Shown: positions 1 to 12,900 of the stretch, piece after piece
Layout of the letters: the number at the start of each line of letters is the position of its first letter
Numbering within the stretch: position 1 is the stretch's first letter
Source: Mayamaea pseudoterrestris
Lineage: Eukaryota
Assembly (NCBI GenBank): GCA_027923505.1
Contig: BROI01000009.1
Span: 434,001 to 498,000 of the forward strand
Length of the DNA: 64,000 nt
Reading direction: 5' to 3'
Position numbers and translations under genes: made by a program
Notes under the pieces: model-generated
What the model saw: the letters and a program-made list of their open reading frames with translations, nothing else
Databases searched by the model: none
Told to the model about the DNA's origin: nothing

Positions 1-1379
1 ATGTCACTTATCGATTCATAAGATTCTTCAGAGTTGCTTTTGTCGGTGAATTGTCAGTCAAAGACTACTGCTGATGGAAAGCAGCAATTCTGGAAGGAAA
101 TTAAGCTGATTTTTGATCCGCGTTCGTCATGGGGCGTGCCGCAAACAGTGTCGCTCTGACTGTCGTCAAGGGCCTGCAACGAGGATCTCAGAGGAGGAAA
201 TTGAGTGCGGTTTTGGCTGGCTCGGCAGGTAAAAGGTACTTTAGATGACGATATGTCGTTTGCTGTATGCACAGCTGGCATTTGGCCCGTCGGAAATGGC
301 ATGTGTTCCTTCGACAAACATTTCTACTTTCACGACGACGACATGCCCCATGCTGATCAATTTGTTTTCGAAATGAAAGTCACAACGGAGCGTATTGGAT
401 CTGGAGATGATTTGTCACGTGAAGCCATGACACGCAAACGCATGCTCCTCTATAAGCATGATGATGATCTACGGCAGGAAGCTTTTGCGACGCAGTTTGT
501 TGCAGTCTGCGGTTCTATGCTTCGAGTGTCGGGTTTCGACATGAAGCTCTTGTCTTTTCAATGTGTACCCGTTGGTACGCGGCGTGGTTTTGTTGAATGG
601 GTTCCTGGCAGCGTACCACTCAGCGAAATTTGTCACCCCATGGTTGGATCTACTTGTCTTGGAGAGAACGAATGGCCGGATGTTTCGGATATGAAGTTCC
701 CCTCCATGTTGAGCAAGGGTGTGACAAAGTACGTATCGCTTCGACGACTTGGTGGTCAGCAAAATGGGACGTTTCGTCGACTTTCTGGGCGGCAACATGG
801 CGGTGATGCTGGTTCCTTTTCGAATAACCCGGTTCAGGATTACCTTCGCAGCGTCGCCTATGATGACAAGGCTCCATATATGATACGCAAGGTTGTCATT
901 TTACATACTTAAAGAGCGTCGCAGGCTACAGTGTCATTATCTATGTCCTTGGCGTGGGTGATCGTCACTTGGACAACTTGTTGTTGCATAAAAAGTGGCG
1001 CGTTTTTCCACTGTGACTACTACTTTATTCTCGGCAGCGATCCGAAGACGTACTTGCCAGCCCGAGTGACGCAAGAGATGGTGCATGGCATGGGGGCTCA
1101 GAGAGCGACAAGTATGTTCGCTTTCTCTCGACTGTGGGAGCTGCGTTTCTGGTGTTGCGCCGTCCCGAGAATGTCCGTGCACTGTTGTCCTTGGTGCGTT
1201 TGATGGAATCTTCCTGTGTTCCCGACATTTCTGAAAATCAGTCGACTGATCCGTGTTGGACTACGTGATCGCCTGAAACTTGACCTGGCGGATCAGGAAG
1301 CTGTGGCATATATCGAAGAATTTGTAGAGGCGAGCCATAGTTCAACGATGTGATGCATAGCTTGGGAAAACAGTTTTAA
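1..1379 (+). pseudogene. Phosphatidylinositol 3-kinase (Vps34-like) catalytic region, pseudogene; 5' part extends beyond the window
   Basis: Kinase motifs appear in order: [66 protein letters not shown], and C-terminal MHSLGKQF*. They are spread over different frames (shifts near 905, 990, 1095, 1255, 1350). In-frame stops at 19, 157 and 202. Confidence 0.8.
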
Positions 1380-1448
1380 TTCGTTGATGCGTGATGACAA
1401 TGTAAGGCTACTCGATTACTGCTAATATTCGTTTTTTATAACACAATG

Positions 1449-1499
1449 CACTGTACTGTACTCTACTGTACTGCAGCGTGCAAGGAGTACTGTACTGTA
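1449..1499. repeat. (CTGTA)n-like pentanucleotide microsatellite
   Basis: cactgtactgtactctactgtactg ... gtactgtactgta. Confidence 0.6.
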
Positions 1500-1543
1500 A
1501 TTTTGGCTTCAGCAAAGACCGATCGGTCTCAACACTGCGCTTG

Positions 1544-2230
1544 TTACACAAGGTCCACCGGAATGTTATCTGGGAGTCCCGTCGATGAGCAGCAACGTCC
1601 TGGATATGCCGAATACTCCGTCGTATGTCGAAGCAGCTGCCCCACGACGAGGCATGGACAAATCAACGAGCAGCAAGTGTCTTCGCATCCTCCTGGACAG
1701 CAGTTGGTTTCCTCCGGAATGTTATACTTTTGTCGTACATGCGACCGTATATTCTTTAAGCACATGACTGTGAATCCAAAGTAAATATAGGCCAACAAGT
1801 CATCAACTGCGCAAAAGAAATAGTAAGAGGTTGGCGGTTCGACCCAGTGTTGTGAATCAATATTTGGATCAAGCGTGGCAATTACAATGAGCAATAATGT
1901 TCGCGTCATCCAAAACAAGACTGTCGTTTTCAAAAGCGTTTTAAAAGCAAACGCTGCCTGCGATGCACTAGCAACTTGGCCGGCGTATGATAGTTGCATT
2001 CTTGTTGCAACTTGCCCAGCGCCCGTCAAAACGCAACAACAAAATGAGTTATAAATGGAGGCATGAAAGGGACCATGTCTGCACCAACTCCAGAGCGAGT
2101 CTCTCCAACGTCCAACTGGTGGAGAAACGGTGAAACGTCCATTGCAGTCTGTATTGGTGCTGGATTGGGACGCGTTATTGTTCGTGGGCGATGGCGCTGC
2201 CGAATCGTTGTTGCCAGCAGCCGCCAAAGT
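1544..2230 (-). CDS. PLAC8/Cys-rich membrane protein, last exon (5' exon(s) unresolved, possibly up to ATG 2620)
   Basis: GRWRDSLWSWC, GQVATRMQL, RSHVRQKYNIPE, CEDTCCSLICPCLVVGQLLRHT motifs. Strong pyrimidine tract plus AG acceptor at 2231 on the minus strand. Paralogous to 58831-59764. Confidence 0.75.
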   Translation of the reverse strand, partial: TLAAAGNNDSAAPSPTNNNASQSSTNTDCNGRFTVSPPVGRWRDSLWSWCRHGPFHASIYNSFCCCVLTGAGQVATRMQLSYAGQVASASQAAFAFKTLLKTTVLFWMTRTLLLIVIATLDPNIDSQHWVEPPTSYYFFCAVDDLLAYIYFGFTVMCLKNIRSHVRQKYNIPEETNCCPGGCEDTCCSLICPCLVVGQLLRHTTEYSAYPGRCCSSTGLPDNIPVDLV

Positions 2231-5200
2231 CTGTAGGAGAATGAAAAAAGAAAGATTACATCAGGCTATACAATACGATGATTCATGGAGGTGTATATTC
2301 ATTCATGCACTAGTTTCCAAATCGATCCATTTCCTCAGAGAGAAGATTAGCGTGCGTTTGTTTTCACTGCACCCAAGTCGGCCGCCGCGTGGCAGTGCTG
2401 CAAAAGGACCGGCAGCAGGGACCAAACAGCAACGTCTGTGCTCGAAATCTCTGAACAAATTCTTCCTTGTCATCATTGGAAGCTCTAAAACGTCTTGGTG
2501 AATTTGCATCTAAGCTTGCCAGTTGACCGACTACCGACTCACCAGTGGCTCCATTTCCTGCATCTCAACGTCAGCAGCAAAGGAAGAAGCAGAGACTTGA
2601 GATCGACGTCTACCAAACATGATAGTGAATATCATAAAGGTAGCTGGATCTATTAGAAAGCCATCAGTAATGGCGCAATATACCTCGGCGGCCTATGCCG
2701 CCATGGCCGAAGGCCGAACGGAACGAACGAACGGGCGCTGCGGTCATCGTGGTTGCGCGCGAGGGTCATTTCCAGTCATGCTGCAAAAACCGCTACGACA
2801 TACTGTATTCACGAATCGAAAATGTTGCATTCCGTGATACCATTCCTTGCAGCAATCGTTTCATGCCAACTTATCGACCTTTCCATGACCAAAACGCCAT
2901 AATGGCAACTTCGGAGAGCTAATGAATCAGTGGCTAAAGTTGACATTCGACGAGAGGTTCATCGACTGAGTCATTAGTCATCCATCACCAATTATGCCTT
3001 TCATCAATCATGCATTTCACCTTTTTGTCGGCATCAGCCAAGCAGTTCGAGCCGACGATGCAGAAAACAATCCGCACGGCAATCACAATGACGACGCGAT
3101 GACAAGGCCGCAGGACCAAGCTTTGCAAAAGGATCAATATAGAGATTAGAATGCCAGTCGCATGGAATCACATGGAGCAAGCTTCGCCCGGTCATGAGTC
3201 ACACAAGCCGCTGCTGCTGCTTTGTTGCTACTTAATTAGCTGCGTCTCGTACTGCTTGGCAATGTTGGACGGAATGTATTATTGTGTCATGCCAAGACAT
3301 GATGGAAGCTCGGCCTCTCGGGCCGTGAACTCATTGCATGTCAACCAAATCTTCGCTTGCAATTCCTTGACGACTATCTGAACGGCTGCTTCTACATTGG
3401 TGATCCACGCGCATCATTCCTACAATGCCTTTGAGGCGGCTGAATTAAATTGCGCAGATGGCTAGCATACAATGATCGCAACGGAACCATAAAATCTTGG
3501 TCGCTGCAGCAGCCTGCGCACATCGCTCTATTTCAATTTGGGAAGACGGTAAAGATACTTCTCGTCGGTCACTGATTTGTCGTCATGAAGCAATTGTCTA
3601 CAAAGTGTCTTGACTCGACACTGCTGAGCGGCGAGAACCAGCAGACATCGCGACCCTGCGTGTATTAACAAACGCGATGATAGCGGAGTCACCTTTTCCG
3701 ATGCGAGGGTATTTGTAGGGTCGGCGCAAGATTGGATTGCTTCATTTACGTACGTACCTTGTCACCTCTTGAGGCGGCAGTGCATTTGTACAGTCCATCA
3801 CAATCATCGCTATAGGTGGAAAGCAAGTGCACGGGAATTCTATTTATACATCATAGGTGCTAGGCCAGCCAATGTCCCCAGTCTTGGCGAACTAATGCAA
3901 CACGAGAAGGGCATTGTGAGACGTCAAGGCTAACCACTGTAAAACCCATCCCTTTGAGCGTAATAGATCAGTACGATTTTGACCGTGCGAGAACGTTTGA
4001 AATGACGCATACCATTAAGTCAATAAATAGGCCCATGGCTGCAACGTGTGCTGGGTTTGTGCGGATGCGGAGCTCGCTTCATATTGGATGAGGGCCACCG
4101 AACGACTTATGTGCGTAACGGAAATGACGAAACAGTAGACGAGCTTGGTAACACAAGGGCAAAGGAAACCGTTTTTGTGAACATCTGCACCAAAGACGGC
4201 ATGCTTGGCTTTGTGTTGTCTGCTCGACACCACTTTGAGGAAGGTTGACAGGTCAAATGAACTGTGAATGCGGTTGACGGGGACAGATCAGACGTCAGCA
4301 AATGCAAAGTAGGCACAACGCGAACCGCCATATTGGAAGTGCGAGCGGGCAGCAAATTGACGAGTTGAGGGTTAGCGGATCGACGTGAACGAGTCGCGTC
4401 GAGAATCGTTGTGAATACTGCGACGCTGCGGTGTCGCAAATAAAGGTAGTGCGTCCAGCATTCGCTTGATAATGTCTATTTCTCTGTGAATCTATTGATC
4501 GCTTGTCACTATAAGTGGGGAGACGGTTTACGGGATAGCAGTATAAATATAAACATTTCTTAACTCTCTTATAATGTCTATTTCTGTTTAATTTATGAAT
4601 TCATGGCATGCAAATAATTCCTCGTGTAGTTCAGACTCTCATTGCCACGAAGCAGACTTCATTGCCACAGAACAAAATAAATGACGTTCTTTTCGCAATA
4701 AGAAGAACCACGAATGCATGCCCGCTGCCATGGCTGCAGTATAAGACTGCACTTGCAGTTGCCTCGCCGTAATGTCATTTCCAAACTACTAGTCTTCTTG
4801 GACGCTACGTCGTCATCGTCGTAGCGGCAAGCTGAATTTAAGTTGATGGTTCACTCCCCGTTCATTTTCGATCTCTTGATGTACTGCACGACTCTTGTCA
4901 ATCTGAGAAAGCGACACCAGCTTCCAAGTAGATTGGGCTGATTTCAGCGGCATCATGGAGTCCTGTTACTTTTAAAGTGCGGTTGCTCGTAATGGACCTG
5001 CATCTGTGACGTTTTGCCGACACAACTGCCCGCGTGTCATTTTTTCGAAGGCTACCGTATTCCCTGTCTTGTTGACTGGCATATGAACCTTACTGCGAAA
5101 AAATGCTTTTGTCGCATTTGTAAAGGTTGCAGATCGAGCAAGATTGTTGCTCCGAGCATCCGAGATCCGAGCATCGTCGCCTTCATTTGGTCTACCGAAA

Positions 5201-5853
5201 GTCAAAGTCACAGAACGAACAGCGAAGCAAGTGTCAGAATGACGTTGGAGCATCATTCCACGCAATCTTTGAACCTTGCGAAAAAGTCGGATATGGCGAT
5301 GAGCGACAAAGACTCGTCATCGATGGACTCCTCGTGTATCGTGGCGGTTGTCGTCGTCGCCTTGTCGCTGCCATCACCGTGATTCCGCTTCTTGAGCGCT
5401 CTGTGGCATCCCTTTTTTTACTACCGGTAGTACGATGGCACTGTTGTCGACTTCTATAGCATTATGGTGCATTGGCCAAGTTTGCGGTCGAACGAGCTCA
5501 CGAGCTGCGTCCATTGCGGAGCCATGGCAGGCAGTTTCTCGCATCGACGACCATTCACGTACCGGTACGTCGTATCGGTAGCAAATTACAACCGCTGCGA
5601 CATTTTTCGTGTTGATGAAAAGTGAGTCATTGGGCTATAGTGTAAAACACACGATATCAAGAAAAGGCATATGTAGTTTGTCAATGGAATTACATTCAAA
5701 GGCAATAGTAAAATCGGTTTAATCTCACCTTTCATGACTACCTGCAGGTTTGAAAAGTGCCGCTACGGTAACTCGCGTTCCATCCAGGCGAGTGGGCGAC
5801 AACCATGCCGCACCCGTTCATTGTTATGCTATGTCATCTCAAGCCTCTCCCTC

Positions 5854-6267
5854 ATGTCATCAACATTCTCCTCGATTCTCTCAAACATTTCGGCCTCGCA
5901 TAATCGTTTCAAGCATGCAGTTCATACTCAATTTCGCATTCCGATTCAAAGCAAATACGGTCGATGGGCAATGGGCTTTGTGTACATGACAATTCCAATT
6001 GTCGGCGGCTACTACGTCATGGAATGGGCCATCGGCAAGAGCCATGAAAGCATTGGGGAGCGTGGAGAGTTACTCCCTGTTAAAACAGTGCAAGGCATTG
6101 GAAATATGCGAATCGCTAGTGATGGAAGCGTTCGCACGATTCGTACTGGAGTCCATTTGAGCGTAAGTTCAGAGGAGGAACAACGAAGGAATCGAAAGAA
6201 ATTGGAACGATTTCTGCAACACACTTTAAAGCAGCCAAACGAAACGCCGAAGGATCAGGATGCTTGA
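5854..6267 (+). CDS. Small hypothetical single-pass membrane protein
   Basis: Open frame from ATG 5854 (MSSTFSS...) with one hydrophobic helix (WAMGFVYMTIPIVGGYYVM) and a charged C-terminus. AATAAA-rich region downstream at ~6397-6410. Confidence 0.6.
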   Translation: MSSTFSSILSNISASHNRFKHAVHTQFRIPIQSKYGRWAMGFVYMTIPIVGGYYVMEWAIGKSHESIGERGELLPVKTVQGIGNMRIASDGSVRTIRTGVHLSVSSEEEQRRNRKKLERFLQHTLKQPNETPKDQDA

Positions 6268-6623
6268 GTATGACGACATGACGACTAACGACTACACGAT
6301 GCTGGCTGATCGTCGACTCGTCGACTGGATGCAGTTTGCTAGAAAGATTCATTCCTTCACTCTCATTTGGCAGCTCCGTTGACCACGATCTAATGCAATA
6401 AAATAAATAAACCGACCTTTTGTAAAATAATAGAAATAATATGTAGCTGCCTCTAGGTTACTTTGTCACGTGAGTGCGATGATACATATTATTTACGTTT
6501 CCAGTCGTCCCTATGTCAATGTACACAGCATGACAGTCATCAAATATCGATAGTACTAACGGTAGTAAAAGAAAATTCTAAAAAGAGAATGATGCTCGCT
6601 TCGTTGTCTTTTTACGTTACAGT

Positions 6624-7819
6624 TTAAATTCCCTCGGGCAAAAAGTAACCTGCCTTGGCGTAATAATCGGGGCTGGTAAAGGCGGCTCCAAGCTGCTGCA
6701 CCACACTCTCGCCACTGGCATTAGCCTGGAATACAACTCCCAAGAATCCCACCATAGCAAGACGCGCATGCTTAATCTCCTGAAGCTGCTTCTCGGCATA
6801 CTCTTCCGGGGTGTAGTTCAAGTTGAACGGATTGTATCCACCTTGTCCCCAGTTTTGCGAGGCACCGGCCACGTAGTTGGCGCCTTTCTCGCGGATGAAC
6901 TGAATGCGGCGGAACTCCATGAAGCTCATGAACAAAAAGATTTGCACAAGGGCGGCGCCTGGTCCTTGCGAGAAGGCAACAAGCGGGTCTTTGTAAGAAT
7001 AAGCCTCGATGCCAGAGATTTGTCCGAGGGTCCCAAAACCAGGGGCGATGAAACCAAGGACGGCAACCATGCAAATACGTCCGTGCATGAGTTCGGCTTC
7101 ACGGTACCAGGTCAAGCCATCGGCTGGTGCTTCTCCTTGGAAAATTCCATTAAAGTAGTTGGCGAGCAGTGGCGCTTTGGTCGACAAGTAGCATGGGTCG
7201 AAACCAACATCACCGACCAAGGATCCGTCAAGTGCGGCCGGAGCAAATTCACCTGGAATAGCGGATGATGGGACCGTTCCTGTGGCTTGCTGCGCGAAAA
7301 GATTAAATGTTGAAGTAAGAACGAATGTGTACTTTAATGTAGGTTGATTGCTCATGACTCGATCATCCGTCTGGTCAGTAACTTTGCAATACTTACGCGC
7401 GAGGCAATAGGTTTGCGGACCGGGACTGGGGCAGCCTTTCGGACCGGAGCAGCAGCCTTTCGAACGGGCGCAACAACCTTCTTGGCAGCGACAGGTGCCT
7501 TGGCGACTGCCTTTTGAACGGGCTTGACGACTTTCTTTTCGACAGCCTTCTTGACTGGCGCCGCCTTGGCAATGATGTTTTTGACTGGGGCGGCCTTGAC
7601 CACTGCCTTCTTGACAGGTGCCACTGCCTTCTTTACAGGTGCGGCTGCCTTGACCACAGCCTTTTTTAATGGGGCAACTTTCTTGGCGACGGCCTTGGTG
7701 GCAGCCGGTGCCGACTTTTTGAGTGGCGCTGCCTTTTTGCCCAAGGCAAAGGTCATGGACGGAGCCGTAAAGGCCGTGGCAGAGGCAACGCAAAGAGCAA
7801 AGACTGGAGCAAACTTCAT
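6624..7819 (-). CDS. Light-harvesting (fucoxanthin-chlorophyll a/c binding, LHC family) protein with Lys/Ala/Pro/Val-rich N-terminal extension; exons 7819-7397 and 7289-6624 (~362 aa)
   Basis: Signal peptide plus ASAFAP-like ATAFTAP. LHC motifs GDVGFDP, YREAELMHGRICMVA and QLQEIKHARLAM. Phase-0 intron 7290-7396 (GTAAGT...GCAG) joins the two frames. Confidence 0.92.
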
Positions 7820-7887
7820 GGTCAACAAGAGTTACAATGAAAGAAGGATGTGATGATGGTCGGCAAACCGCGATGATGGTCAAAAGG

Positions 7888-8066
7888 TGACGTACAAATC
7901 CTTGCTTCCGGCGCAGCGTCAAAGATCGCGAGATACGCTCTTCAACAACCTGTAAGAAGTACAGGCGCCAGATATAAATAGATCATGAAGTGCACGACCC
8001 AACTCATGACAGATTTGAATTCATACGCGCCCATTGGCTTTCTTATACTATCAAAGTGACGTCACT
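7888..8066. promoter_or_regulatory. Candidate bZIP/aureochrome-type TGACGT elements upstream of the LHC gene
   Basis: TGACGT at 7888-7893 and a perfect palindrome AGTGACGTCACT at 8055-8066, about 70 and 240 bp upstream of the LHC ATG. Confidence 0.3.
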
Positions 8067-8207
8067 CACTCGCCCGATGCATGAACCGAAAGAATGACCA
8101 TGACGATGCAAAGATCCGTATGATATGTATCATCGGTAACTGCGACAACTTGCTTCCAAACCCATCGCGTCGCTTTCCATTCAGGCTCCTCTATTGCTAC
8201 TAGTGTA

Positions 8208-9560
8208 ATGGATCATCTTGATGTCAGAAGATTCTGCTGGAGTCGCTCGCAAAGCTTCTCCGTCGATGCCTCCTCATAGAGGATCAAGCTCAGCATGCTG
8301 ATCCTCGACCCTCGAACGACCGTTTTGCTAGCTGCAGCGGCGGCAAGCAGAGCGACAGTTCGTCCGTCATTACTCATACGAAAGCTTCAGCCGCAGCAGC
8401 AGCTTCTACTTCTGTCCCATCAACAAGTCGTTCAGCAAAAGCAACCCGACCACGGACCGCGGCCGACTGGAATCAACAATCAACTCGCCGACTGCGAATA
8501 CAACGACACATCTCCGAGTGAATCTTCAGTAGATGCAGCAGAATCTTCCATCGAGTGATAGAGCAATGGCAGCAAATCGATCTTCGACTCGCTTGCCTGA
8601 TAATACTGGAGCAGCAAAGACTTCCGATGGATTTTATCAGCCGTCGCAGCAACACGCAACGTATCATCATCAGCAGCAGCGAACGACCTACCAGCTACCA
8701 GCTACCGGGGCTACGACTTACAACGATAGACCCGCGACAGTGCACAATAGTTTTCCAGTTGGATGAGCAGCATCCGCATCATCAATTCGCGATACTATAA
8801 ATGCGTCTCCAGCATACTTTACGCTGCAATTGACAGCATCGCATACTAGCAATTCTTCAGCACCCTCTTCCTTTAATAATGATAACGACTAACGCATTAG
8901 GTAAGCCGCTGCAGAGGAACTTGGAATCAACATGTCGTATATTTCTTTTCAAAGCCAAGGCCTCCATTCGTTCGTCTTGTTGCTGCAAGGGCAACTGCTG
9001 TTGACGGACAAGCTGCATTCGATCGATTGGAAAAATCTACGGTTTGAGCAGTTTTGGATAACGTGCACTTGCATTAGGGTTCACTTTGATGAACGGTTTG
9101 CTTGGACGTGCATACGACAACGTCATGGTGCTGCAGCATCAGCAGCAGGCAACAACGCGAGCAAGTGTACATTTCCAACGAATCCACGATGATCATTGGT
9201 CACGCTCTATTACACACCGGCCATTGTACTTGCTATCGCGTTGCAGCTAAATCAAGTTTGCGTAATGCTACATGGACATGTCTACTGATTTCACAGCCCT
9301 GCTCAGGTTGTCTTGCGTCAATACCGGCGCAGCAGCAAGTTCCATGGCTACATGCGCGTTGAAAAGTGTTGACTACTGACTTCGTTGAAGCAGCTTTGCT
9401 AATCAAACACTTAGCGCGATGTCTCGACTATCTGCACCGGGCTAAATGCGATGCCGCGATCATAATGGCATATTTAACGAGCTGTCCCACTGGGCGAAAC
9501 GCACCAAACTAGTCGACTTGAACTCTCCAGATTTTCGTCAAAGACGCTCCAGCTGTCGTT
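8208..9560 (+). pseudogene. Decayed Gln/Ser-rich (low-complexity, regulator-like) coding sequence
   Basis: Protein-like Q/S/A-rich fragments (8295-8558, 8533-8766) continue through isolated stops and frame changes. No family recognised. Confidence 0.3.
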
Positions 9561-9999
9561 GTCAGCATCGGCAATTTCCATGACTATTCACCCGGTGCAT
9601 CTTTCGCCATGTCACATGCTGACGGCTTGTTCTCATGTCGGCATGCGGATCATTGTTGCATATAAACCCTTTGTGTAACCAACACGAGCTGCGCTCTTTG
9701 CTTGTTGATACCATGAGCTGCGCTCAATGTTTTGTTGCATGGCCAACTGGTGGCATTGCTCTCATGTCGCACGTCCTAGAAAGCAAAAAGGGTGAATTAT
9801 GGTTTAGAGCATGACAACGTAACATTTTAAAAAAATTTCTTGTAGGCAATACGCCGCCAATTACACTCGCTTAAGTACGTACGGACCAGAGGTTCATTGT
9901 ACGTTGTTTGCCTTGCGCCGCGCGCATAAATTCAATGCGAACAGACTCCGCGCAACCACTGCACCAATATCTTCCCGTTATTAAATAAAGCCGCATGCG

Positions 10000-12900
10000 C
10001 AACATGCGTCTGTCAGCAACATTTCAAAACGCCGACATCCTACGCAGGACTAGGTCGCGCTTGCAAAAAGGCTTCGTAGTCGATTTGATAACGATATTAC
10101 GTTTCGCGGAGGCGATCCACTGGTCAAAATAGGCTTGAAGACATCGCGGCTGTGAGGTGTACGAGGACCTTAACCTAAGCTTTAAATTGTCAATGAAGCA
10201 AGCACAAAGCAGCTCGCTGGACTTGCATGCAAGCCGTTCAAGGCGTCGACCGTCGACTGAAAACAATAATGTCGTCATCAAAAAATTATAATCTTCAATT
10301 GATCCAGACAAGGCATGTCCTTCGATTACGTCAGCATTGCAATTTACGCTTGCAGTAAATGCAAGGGTAACTCGCGCTGCAAGATTGCTTAATGAACGGT
10401 CAAGTGTTGCGTAATAGACAGACGGAGTGCGCACTGCGCCTTTCTGGCAATTATTAATGCTGTTGGACCGATGCGTCGGCGGAACAACCTATACCGAGAT
10501 GCTTAAAATGTGTTGCTTACGGCACACCGAGCTTGTGTGCGCAGCCTTGTGGAAAATTTGGATACATTGTTGCATCGCAAGCAGATTGCGCCGACACATG
10601 GTTTGGTGATGCTCAAATCCAAAACAGCAGATGCCTACCAGTATAGACTTGCCGTAGCCGTATGGTCGGAAGCCTTCATGACAAAACCAGGCTTTTCCCT
10701 CCGCAAGCCATGCATGGCGTTTCCCGCCACTTTTTCAAACACCGAACTTTTTGGTTGGACAAAATGCTGCAAAAAAGTTTGTGGGGGCGAGTTTTTAAGT
10801 ATTCTTTTACAGGGCGTCGCAACACATACGCTACTCGAGGCCAACTTGTCCAACCACTAATTTAAAGCGGAGCTGTGCCTCTTCTAAAGGTGCATCTCGG
10901 GTGTCCTTACCTCAGCCTACTTTAATACCTCGACGACTCCATCCTGCCGTTTGCACTGGAGAGTAGGCCGTCCAGCCGCCTTTCGAATTACAACAAATTG
11001 TTACCAACGCAGACGAGCCATACATCATGAAACCCCGTTGCCCCAGTCTGTAGAGACCACCGTGTTTCGGTCGATTGTTGCCTTTCAGGTGTCCCTTCTC
11101 GCGAACCAAATGCTGCCAAGCTTCCAGTGTAGGCAGCACGCAAATACGCTGCTTCATTCGTGGTAGTCTGGCTACACTCTGCTCGTCTCGACGAGCAGCT
11201 GTACTTTGAAGATGTGTAGCCCGACTCGTCCGATAAGTCGCCATATAAATTCTCCAGTGACTGGCGCTCTGTGCTCCTTTAGCTGTGTCCGCTCGAAATG
11301 CAACAAGAATTCTCTGATCATTGAGTCCGTTTAGTCGTCCATAAGCATGGTCATACTCATCCCCCAAATCTCTTTCAGGGGTCCAACATCCTATACTGCG
11401 CAAGTCTTCTTATTGTGTGCTACCGCTGTGAATTCTGCAATCCCTGTTGGTCTCACAGAGAGCAGTAAACCGTCGACGTGTAAACCTCTTGATAACCAAC
11501 ATGTGGTCGCAACATATACGAGTCGCTCTATACTACCTGTCACTCTTGAAACAGCTTGGACCACAAAGCGGATGCGTCCAAATGCTGCTCCGCGCCATTA
11601 ATAGCCGAAGACTTACTCTAATGGGGCAGCACTTGGCCTCGCAATACTCCTCGTAAATGACTAACGTATTCACGTGCATCGTCTTCTAATTTGGCGTTTT
11701 GGAGAGGCAGCATCCAATCGAGTCTGCCTGCCTCCCAATGCTTATCCAGTGGCCCTGGATTGTCCTCTCGAAGAATGTTTTCAAAATAGAGCGGCAAAGT
11801 AAGATTGAGACGTTCAAACTGGTCTGCGTTGGTCCAAGTGTCCATCTTTTTCAGCACCGCCGATCATCTTATATCCTGAATAACGTGGCAAACCCTTGCT
11901 TCCACCCTTTGCGTCAAGAATGCAAATGGCTGCGGCTGCGATGTCAATCTCGCTGTAAATTTTGCGCTCTCGGCTACCACGATCCCATTGCCACTTCCAT
12001 GATGGAGTTATAGAAAATTTGCAGCCATCTTAAATCAAAGCGAGACGCATGGTTGGCGTTAAGCGAGCCTTTTTGAAAGTGAGGTGAAAGTCTTTACTCA
12101 TAAACGTCTCTGCCTTCCGCACTCGATCCTCCAAACACACCAATATACTAGCAATGGCAATAGCGGATATGTTTCACTGGAAGAGCAAGACACGTCATCT
12201 TCCTTCGGTGGAGCGTCGTCATCCTCGACTGCAAATGGCTTACCCGCGTTAATGCTCGCAGACACCATTTTAAATGACCATTTGGCATCCTGCTTGCAAC
12301 GACTCGCCTCGTTGATGCCTTTTTGACCAGACAAGTATCAATGGAATGGCTGGGAGCACATTGGACGCAGCAGACACGCACCGCTATAGGTCTGTTCCCG
12401 AGGTCGCTTTATTGGAGGCGACTCGCCAACAAAACGTCATACAATTTCTTCATACCTATAATATCTGGCAAGCAGATTTAATAATGCACCCAGAGCTCGA
12501 TGGTGGACGACTGCTGGACTCTTTTCCATTACTTCTTATTGCGTTATTCGCCTGTAGGCATCATTGCAGTGGCTCTGTTGCGCAAGTGTGAGAATAGGCG
12601 CACGACTTCGCCATTCATTTCGGGACAATTGAGCGCATTGTACTCGAATTGGGTGCTTTTCATTCAACAGAAACGCTTTACCGTTCCCATTTACTGGCAT
12701 GCGGAATTATTTGCCGAGCAAAGTTTCAAATAATGTCCTCCGTCAGGCTGGAGCTTTGAGCTTGGTCTTGGTAAAGAAGTAATAGACTACTTCCGTACTG
12801 TTCAACAACTTACCCAGACAGCGATTGCCGCCAGTCGTATTGTATCCTTAACCGTTTCCTTCATTTGCTCGCAACCAGCGCACTGTCGAGCTTGGCTTTA

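Noticed and set aside
6624..7922. 432-aa single-exon ORF from the ORF track
   Set aside because: Its N-terminal half is an off-frame read of exon 1 plus intron. The spliced model gives a proper signal/transit peptide.
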